From NCBI GenBank assembly GCA_032718475.1, contig JAUCBJ010004510.1, positions 1 to 64,000 on the forward strand: a stretch of DNA of 64,000 nucleotides, read 5' to 3'. A program made the position numbers and the translations under genes. The notes under the pieces were generated by a model. That model did no database searches, was not told the origin of the DNA, and saw only the letters and a program-made list of their open reading frames with translations. Source of the stretch: Nemertoderma westbladi (taxonomy: Eukaryota; Animalia; Xenacoelomorpha). The stretch's first letter is position 1, and every line of letters starts with the position of its first letter. Positions 13,701-22,963 of this stretch are shown here, piece by piece.

Positions 13701-16700
13701 GTAATCATATATTTATTGTTTTGGTTAGACCCACCTCGATAAGCTGCTCCTTTCACTTTTAAGTTTAATTTTGTAATTTATAATGGTAAACTTGATCAAA
13801 ATTTAATTTCCAGTGTGCCTCTAGTGTGATTGTGATATTAATAGTACCGGTAAAAACATTAATAATTAATAATGTAAAATCCGTTAATATCCCTCTACCA
13901 TTAGGCCTAACTTTTCTTTGTTTATCTAAAACATTTACATTTAATATGAAGCCAAAGTGGTGATAAGGCTGATAGGTGATAGTCTAATAGTTGAGACAGA
14001 TAAACATAGACTTTATGCTACTGTAGATCTTCGTTCACTACTTGACTCGCCAAATAAATCACATTTGAGCTAAGTGGACAATGGGTCTTTGATTTTATAT
14101 TGTGTAATATTATGGTTTTGTTCAGAAGTGGAAAAAACGAGATTGTTTTTTTTATAACAATGTTTTAAAAATGATACCTATGGTAACCACTGTTATTCAT
14201 TTATTAAACTATACTCTATACTTTATTACAATACTGTTTTAAATGCTCATTCATGTTAATTGTGTGATTGAGAACTGAATCGGATTTTGTTAATTTCAGT
14301 TTCAGTTTCAGTTACAGTATTCAAAATACGTAATTACAGTTTCAGTTACAGTTACAGTATTCAAAGTTCGCAATTACAGTTACAGTTATAGTTACAGTAT
14401 CAAAAAAATCATCAAAACCATTCAGTTACAGTTGCAGTTACAGTATAATTACAGTTACAGTTCTCAACACTACTCTACAGCCCTTATTAACTCTTACCTT
14501 TTCTAACGCAGGTACTCTACAGCCCTTATTAACTCTTACCTTTTCTAACGCAGGTAGGTACTCTACAGCCCTTATTAACTCTTGCCTTTTCTAACGCAGG
14601 TACTCTACAGCCCTTATTAACTCTTACCTTTTCTAACGCAGGTACTCCACAGCCCTTATTAACTCTTACCTTTTCTAACGCAGGTACTCTACAGCCCTTA
14701 TTAACTCTTACCTTTTCTAACGCAGGTACTCTACAGCCCTTATTAACTCTTACCTTTTCTAACGCAGGTACTCTACAGCCCTTATTAACTCTTACCTTTT
14801 CTATCGCAGGTACTCTACAGCCCTTATTAACTCTTACCTTTTCTAACGCAGGTACTCTACAGCCCTTATTAACTCTTACCTTTTCTAACGCAGGTACTCT
14901 ACAGCCCTTATTAACTCTTACCTTTTCTAACGCAGGTAGGTACTCTACAGCCCTTATTAACTCTTGCCTTTTCTAACGCAGGTACTCTACAGCCCTTATT
15001 AACTCTTACCTTTTCTAACGCAGGTACTCCACAGCCCTTATTAACTCTTACCTTTTCTAACGCAGGTACTCTACAGCCCTTATTAACTCTTACCTTTTCT
15101 AACGCAGGTACTCTACAGCCCTTATTAACTCTTACCTTTTCTAACGCAGGTACTCTACAGCCCTTATTAACTCTTACCTTTTCTAACGCAGGTACTCTAC
15201 AGCCCTTATTAACTCTTACCTTTTCTAACGCAGGTACTCTACAGCCCTTATTAACTCTTACCTTTTCTAACGCAGGTACTCCACAGCCCTTATTAACTCT
15301 TACCTTTTCTAACGCAGGTACTCTACAGCCCTTATTAACTCTTACCTTTTCTAACGCAGGTACTCTACAGCCCTTATTAACTCTTACCTTTTCTAACGCA
15401 GGTACTCTACAGCCCTTATTAACTCTTGCCTTTTCTAACGCAGGTACTCTACAGCCCTTATTAACTCTTACCTTTTCTAACGCAGGTACTCTACAGCCCT
15501 TATTAACTATTGCCTTTTCTAACGCAGGTACTCTACAGCCCTTATTAACTCTTACCTTTTCTAACGCAGGTACTCTACAGCCCTTATTAACTCTTACCTT
15601 TTCTACGCAGGTACTCTACAGCCCTTATTAACTCTTACCTTTTCTAACGCAGGTACTCTACAGCCCTTATTAACTCTTACCTTTTCTAACGCAGGTACTC
15701 TACAGCCCTTATTAACTCTTACCTTTTCTAACGCAGGTACTCTACAGCCCTTATTAACTCTTACCTTTTCTAACGCAGGTACTCTACAGCCCTTATTAAC
15801 TCTTACCTTTTCTAACGCAGGTACTCTACAGCCCTTATTAACTCTTACCTTTTCTAACGCAGGTACTCTACAGCCCTTATTAACTCTTACCTTTTCTAAC
15901 GCAGGTACTCTACAGCCCTTATTAACTCTTACCTTTTCTAACGCAGGTACTCTACAGCCCTTATTAACTCTTACCTTTTCTAACGCAGGTACTCTACAGC
16001 CCTTATTAACTCTTACCTTTTCTAACGCAGGTACTCTACAGCCCTTATTAACTCTTACCTTTTCTAACGCAGGTACTCTACAGCCCTTATTAACTCTTAC
16101 CTTTTCTAACGCAGGTACTCTACAGCCCTTATTAACTCTTACCTTTTCTAACGCAGGTACTCTACAGCCCTTATTAACTCTTACCTTTTCTAACGCAGGT
16201 ACTCTACAGCCCTTATTAACTCTTACCTTTTCTAACGCAGGTACTCTACAGCCCTTATTAACTCTTACCTTTCTAACGCAGGTACTCTACAGCCCTTATT
16301 AACTCTTGCCTTTTCTAACGCAGGTACTCTATAGCCCTTATTAACTCTTGCCTTTTCTAACGCAGGTACTCTACAGCCCTTATTAACTCTTACCTTTTCT
16401 AACGCAGGTACTCTACAGCCCTTATTAACTCTTACCTTTTCTAACGCAGGTACTCTACAGCCCTTATTAACTCTTACCTTTTCTAACGCAGGTACTCTAC
16501 AGCCCTTATTAACTCTTACCTTTTCTAACGCAGGTACGCTACAGCCCTTATTAACTCTTACCTTTTCTAATGCAGGTACTCTACAGCCCTTATTAACTCT
16601 TACCTTTTCTAACGCAGGTACTCTACAGCCCTTATTAACTCTTACCTTTTCTAACGCAGGTACTCTACAGCCCTTATTAACTCTTACCTTTTCTAACGCA

Positions 16701-16965
16701 GGTACTCTACAGCCCTTATTAACTCTTACCTTTTCTAACGCAGGTACTCTACAGCCCTTATTAACTCTTACCTTTTCTAACGCAGGTACTCTACAGCCCT
16801 TATTAACTCTTACCTTTTCTAACGCAGGTACTCTACAGCCCTTATTAACTCTTACCTTTTCTAACGCAGGTACTCTACAGCCCTTATTAACTCTTACCTT
16901 TTCTAACGCAGGTACTCTACAGCCCTTATTAACTCTTACCTTTTCTAATGCAGGTACTCTACAGC
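10736..16965 (+). repeat. 42-bp minisatellite made of the exon-5 splice acceptor (about 116 copies), interrupted by a hAT element
   Basis: Unit CCCTTATTAACTCTTACCTTTTCTAACGCAG|GTACTCTACAG. First AG at 10764-10765; last AG at 16952-16953, which leads into exon 5. The copy number comes from span arithmetic after removing the insertion and small indels. Confidence 0.95.
13137..14472. mobile_element. Non-autonomous hAT-type DNA transposon (1336 bp)
   Basis: 15-bp TIR TAGTGTTGAGAACTG / CAGTTCTCAACACTA; 8-bp TSD CTCTACAG (13129-13136, 14473-14480); subterminal CAGTTA/CAGTTT repeats; no transposase ORF. Confidence 0.88.
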
Positions 16966-17046
16966 TACGGAATAGCTTTTCTATATTTATTGGTTATTCT
17001 TATACTTAATGGGGAACTATTGGAGTCATTCTCCTATTTTGGAAAG
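16954..17046 (+). CDS. SLC35B3: PAPS transporter 2, exon 5 (93 bp)
   Basis: VLYSYGIAFLYLLVILILNGELLESFSYFGK continues exon 4 in frame; donor AAG|GTAATT. Confidence 0.9.
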
Positions 17047-17271
17047 GTAATTTTGTATAATTATATATTTGAAATAATTATTAATAAAATTATTTGTTAT
17101 TAATAATTATGAAACGTCACAGTTGTAAATATTCTCTGAGTAAAAAACCGGCTTGGGTCCGCCGGCTTCAATCAATTAGAATTATTTATAATACGGTTAA
17201 AACTTCCTTCGATAAAATTGATTTCTAGATTTCTCAAACCCGTATCAATGATATCTGGTGCCGCCGACATA

Positions 17272-18441
17272 ACCTTTATCTATTACAGCGACCCTTTAGG
17301 AACTACGGTCTCACCTTTATCTATTACAACGACCCTTTAGGAACTACGGTCTCACATTTATCTATTACAGCGACCCTTTAGGAACTACAGTCTCACCTTT
17401 ATCTATTACACCGACCCTTTAGGAACTACAGTGTCACCTTTATCTATTACAGCGACCCTTTAGGAACTACGGTCTCACCTTTATCTATTACAGCGACCCT
17501 TTAGGAACTACGGTCTCACCTTTATCTATTACAGCGACCGACCCTTTAGGAACTACGGTCTCACCTTTATCTATTACAGCGACCCTTTAGGAACTACGGT
17601 CTCACCTTTATCTATTACAGCGACCGACCCTTTAGGAACTACGGTCTCACCTTTATCTATTACAGCGACCCTTTAGGAACTACGGTCTCACCTATATCTA
17701 TTACAGCGACCCTTTAGGAACTACGGTCTCACCTTTATCTATTACAGCGACCCTTTAGGAACTACGGTCTCACCTTTATCTATTACAGCGACCCTTTAGG
17801 AACTACGGTCTCACCTTTATCTAATACAGCGACCCTTTAGGAACTACGGTCTCACCTTTATCTATTACAGCGACCCTTTAGGAACTACGGTCTCACCTTT
17901 ATCTATTACAGCGACCCTTTAGGAACTACGGGTCTCACCTTTATCTATTACAGCGACCCTTTAGGAACTACTGTCTCACCTTTATCTATTACAGCGACCC
18001 TTTAGGAACTACGGTATCACCTTTATCTATTACAGCGACCCTTTAGGAACTACGGTCTCACCTTTATCTATTACAGCGACCCTTTAGGAACTACGGTCTC
18101 ACCTTTATCTATTACAGCGACCGACCCTTTAGGAACTACGGTCTCACCTTTATCTATTACAGCGACCCTTTAGGAACTACGGTCTCACCTATATCTATTA
18201 CAGCGACCCTTTAGGAACTACGGTCTCACCTTTATCTATTACAGCGACCCTTTAGGAACTACGGTCTCACCTTTATCTATTACAGCGACCCTTTAGGAAC
18301 TACGGTCTCACCTTTATCTAATACAGCGACCCTTTAGGAACTACGGTCTCACCTTTATCTATTACAGCGACCCTTTAGGAACTACGGTCTCACATTTATC
18401 TATTACAGCGACCCTTTAGGAACTACGGTCTCACCTTTATC
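17272..18441 (+). repeat. 41-bp minisatellite made of the exon-6 splice acceptor (about 28 copies)
   Basis: Unit ACCTTTATCTATTACAG|CGACCCTTTAGGAACTACGGTCTC. First AG at 17287-17288, last at 18407-18408. Confidence 0.95.
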
Positions 18442-18590
18442 TTCAGTATTACCGGCTACATTGGTGTTAACTTCGTTCTCAGTATTGTCAGCAACTACGG
18501 CGCGCTATTGGCTGTATCCGTGACGACAATAAGGAAGGTGGTTACCATTCTCTTATCGTTTATTATGTTTACAAAACCATTCACCTTACA
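18409..18590 (+). CDS. SLC35B3: PAPS transporter 2, exon 6 (182 bp)
   Basis: RPFRNYGLTFIFSITGYIGVNFVLSIVSNYGALLAVSVTTIRKVVTILLSFIMFTKPFTLQ; donor GTGAGT. Confidence 0.9.
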
Positions 18591-19321
18591 GTGAGTATAA
18601 ATTATAATTATATTTAGTATTAATTAATCACCTTGGGAGGGGGGGTAGCCCCCCCCCCCCCCCCCCAACGGTTTTTTCTTATTTTGTACATTGTCTCCAA
18701 TGTGGTTGAAAATGATATAAAATAGAAAACGATATACCATCGAAAAGATAATCATCAAAAGTACATAAAAATTAAATAAAACTAAATTTTGGCGCCCGCT
18801 AGCGGTCCGCGTGAGATTTAAAAAATTTCACTAAAAGACTATGTTCCCTCGTTATATTCCATTTTTATTTTCCGATGCCACATTTTTTGGTACCAGCATT
18901 TTCATCATATTTTTTACGAACTTTTTTTATTTTCCTTTTCTATTTCTGATAATTGGCGATTTTGTAAAAAAAATTGAAAATTTTTTAAAACTTAAAAAAC
19001 CATGTTTTTTGTAATTAAAAATTTGTTTTTCATTAAAAAAATAGGGATGTAAAAGAGATCTCTCTAAGCTGTTTTCTGATTTGAAATTACTATATTATTA
19101 TTATTCGATAAAAATATAGTAATCCGAACACATATTTTTTCATTCATTCTCACATTCAACGAAATCCAACTTTTACTCGTTGGCATTCTAGCACTCGCTT
19201 TTCTCGTGCTAAAAACTTTCCAACTTGGGCAAAATCATAATATTAGGGATATGATTATGCAACTTATGGCTGCCTGTTCAATATAAGTGGCTTAGATGAG
19301 AGAATAAGGTTTCAGGGGCAA

Positions 19322-19612
19322 GTGGCTGAGCTGGAACGGAACCGCCTCCGCTTTGCAGGACATTGCTTTCGCCGTGAAGACCAGCCAGTGCATAATCTTG
19401 TACTTTGGCAGCCTCATGGAGTGAATAAGCATGGTGGACAGCCCATGACTTTCTTGAGACGCATCTTAAAGGACACTGGCCTTGAAGATACGGATGATCT
19501 AGCAAATGTCATGGGTGATAGGGAGTTGTGGCGGCGCAATTTTGTCGACAAGCCGGCACAGCATTCTTAATATATATGTAATATATATAATGCAGCTGCA
19601 ATGCAGCATGCC
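19322..19612 (+). mobile_element. 3' fragment of an RTE-like LINE
   Basis: RLRFAGHCFRRE...LVLWQP is a typical RTE ORF2 C-terminus; near-identical sequence at 60194-60363 (+) and 63865-64000 (-). Confidence 0.8.
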
Positions 19613-20115
19613 GTTACTGTTTACAAACACCGTAAAGACGGTTTATTAACATCTATCTAAGTACCGGTGTCACAGGCGAAAATGCTCCCCCCCCCCCCCC
19701 CCCCCCCCCCCAGAGCATTTTCACCTCAGATTTCGATAGTGGTGGAAACTATATGAAGTCATTCTCGTAACTACGTCGCGATTTCTCTTTCTCGGTTTTC
19801 TCCAAGTACTCGAGTGGAATGCCGGTCCTTCCGGGAATCCCTCCGCTCAGTACGAAACGTCCTATAAGCCTCGATGACCTCCAGTTTAAAAATACCTGGT
19901 GACTTAGAAAGGATATCGGGGGTTATTGTCCTCTCCCCGACAAGATTTAGGGCGAGTGTTGAGGATGATGAAAGATCTAATCCCAGCATTCTTTTAATAA
20001 AAGTCGTCTTATCCCATATAATAATTTAATTTCATTATACACCTTATAATGACGACACCAACAATCTCACAAACTCGGTTGTTTACTTTATATAAAGTTT
20101 TTAATTAATTTGTAG

Positions 20116-20362
20116 ATATATATGGTCCGGCAGCATTGTTATGTTTGGAATACTTCTCAGTGTTTATTCGAAGAATAGATTGGCATTCAGTCGCTTCCTT
20201 AATCGCTGCTATACAACTTCAATACGCACTAATTGCTGCATTCTATCTGTAATGGCGATTAATTTACGAGGAATTTGTGTTCGGTTAACTTCACAATTAC
20301 AACAGGAATTTACTTTAAGATATAAACAGTCTCCTATTGGCGGCACTGAATTCGTGGTATAA
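20116..20362 (+). CDS. SLC35B3: PAPS transporter 2, last exon (total CDS 1104 nt, 367 aa)
   Basis: TGTAG|A TAT ATA TGG gives QYIWSGSIVMFGILLSVYSKN..., stop TAA at 20360-20362. Confidence 0.88.
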
Positions 20363-20954
20363 TATTTTATTTTTAATTATATCTAAATACATTAATATTA
20401 TTTTATTAAATTTCCCTATAGGCCTAAATGCGACCAGACTGGAGAGCTAAGTTAATATTATTGTAACCGCAGTGTATTTGAACCGTCCCAATAATATTTA
20501 AGTGCAAATTATGTGTCCGCTAACTGTGTGCAATATTTTACCAATGCTAAAAGGGGTTTTTTTTAATTAGCACTTGACCTCAACGCAAATTAGCCTTTTA
20601 TGAAGCCGAATATACTTATAGTCCCAAGTGCAAAATTCATCCCTCTCCAGGGGAAAATGAAAATCGACCCAAATAACAGATGTTTACTCTCAAAAATAAA
20701 ACTGTAACCTGTTATATTGACTTTGGTTTATTGTTTTGGTTGGAATAACGTGTCGTTGCTGATTTGCTTGGCCACCCTCCCCGTGTTACCTAGAGCAGTA
20801 AAGTGTACAATTACTTCTCTATAGAATATACAGTGTTGTACATTAATTGATTTATACAGTGCAGTCCATATTCAATGTGATATGTTTCATCTAGAGTTAC
20901 AATCAAGTAAATGTTATTAATATTTCGGAATATAACATTATAAATTTCACCATC

Positions 20955-22250
20955 TCCTTCAATACAACAACCGTTTTTACAAAGTCGGACCCCCCTCCAC
21001 CCCCCCCCCCCCCCCCCCACTGTGTTTTTCAAATTTCAATCATCTGTTACGAAATTTTGTATTTAGTTCGACTATTTTTCTTACTGCTGGTAAAGCCGGA
21101 TTTTTAAATTTTAAAGTCATTTCGATACAACAAGCCGTTAAAGAATGCCTATTGACCAAGATGTAACAATCTAGGTATCAGTGGAACTGCATTCATCTGC
21201 AGATTCAGAATATGGAAACCGTTTTAAATTTCACTAAATGACTTCCGGAGATATTATAAGAATTCAATATATGTAAATCGATATAATTCTAATGTTTTTT
21301 ACTCAATTCTAGAATATCAATTCGTAATGAAGAATATTAGATTAGATTTTCTTAATGTAGAATTATACGCTGTACGAAAATGTAGAATGTGCGAAAAATC
21401 AAGATGGACAGTTTTAAACTCTCAGCTAAATAATAATTAATATTCTAGAATAAAGATAAATTATATCGATTTATGACGCAAAATATACACCGTAGAATTG
21501 TGATATTTCTTTATTTGTTGTAAGTCACTTTTTTTGTCAAAGTCGTTAACAAGTTTGACAAAAAAGAACACTTTTTTTTCAACAAAAAAGTAATGTTTCC
21601 TTGACATTAGTATTAACATTGCATTTAAAGGGATAATAGATTAAATAGATAATATATAATACTAGTTTTTTTTATAAATGTTAGTTATAGAATGCGTGTT
21701 AGCTATCAATTTTGATTTTTGTTCTAGAACACATTTTATATTTTTTATACTACTGTAGCTAGTTTTTACTACTTTTTTTTTATAAATGTTATAGAACAAG
21801 TGTTGGTTATCAATTTTGATAAATATTTCTGTTCTAGAACACATTTTTTTCTAGAACATTTTTTGGAAAAAAATACCATACTACTGTCAGAAGGTTAAAC
21901 ATTTGTTCTAGAAAAAAAAACCTCATGATAAAAGCCTTTTTATATGAAAAAAATTGGTCTAACAATGTGTAACCAAGGTATAGTAATGCCCTTAATTCAC
22001 CACTTAAATAGTTATTGGCGGTTCTAATGATAAATGGATTACATTACAATGACGAGAAATATAAAGTCAACAGAGATGGTTAATTAAACATTGCGAAATA
22101 GGAATTTTATTTATAGCGGCATTTTAACTAAGTAATTTGAAAATTAAAAAATAAATCCAGCCAGGCCAGTAGTAAGAAAAGTGTCGAACTAAATACTAAA
22201 TGATGTAGCATTTAATTGAACTTTGAAAAAATAAGGGGGGCACTAATAGG
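20955..22250. mobile_element. Diverged member of the MITE family seen at 38466-39362
   Basis: Shares AATACAACAACC...poly(C)...TTTCTTACTG and CCAGTAGTAAGAAAAGTGTC arms with the 38.5-39.4 kb element; boundaries approximate. Confidence 0.55.
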
Positions 22251-22963
22251 GCACTGAGCTTGATTGGAAATTCTTTGTAGTATATTGCGCTGGGAGATAT
22301 CACGTCACCAGCCCTCCCCCAAATGCTAATATTATAAAAATGTGCAAATATATTATCCATTCTCTCTGCATTCAGTTTTTAAGTCATTGACACCATGCTA
22401 GTGGTATCTCATTAACAGAGACCTAGAGATCCGAATGTGGTCTTTTGGTCACCCATATTTTACTGCTTCTATTACAGTTTGTTATAAGGTAATAAAAAAT
22501 ATAACTTTTAACCATCTGTAATACGTGATTAAATAAGTTTAATTATTTATAAAAGTATAAAAACTATAATAAGACTGTACAGGTTATTGGTGTTCTTGTC
22601 AAAACTGTTCACTTGTCGTACAATATTTGCCAAACAATAATAATTCCTTATGTAATAGTGATTGATTGGCCCGTTTATATTGACAAACAAAATATAATTT
22701 TACCAATAAATTATTGTAAATCTTATCTTTTATACATAAATCCATTTTCCAAAATGTATTCTTACGAATTTGTCAAATTAACGTTTTATCAAGAAATCGC
22801 AGTTCATGAGACGAGACTTGAGTTTGAGTAAGGGTAGTTTTATTTATAATTTATGGCATTAATAATAATTATTAATAAGTCAAGTTAGATTATTTCTTCT
22901 TTGTAGCGCAAATATATATTTTTAATTGAAGTGAATAATTTTGACTCATCTCAAACATTTAGT

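Noticed and set aside
10766-16953. Array of mutually exclusive alternative micro-exons (Dscam-like)
   Set aside because: Units are near-identical, have no donor after the exon-derived 11-12 nt and contain an in-frame TAA, so they cannot diversify the protein.
10736-18441. CRISPR-like appearance of the regular 41-42 bp repeats
   Set aside because: Units are head-to-tail with no unique spacers, there are no cas genes, and the context is a eukaryotic intron.
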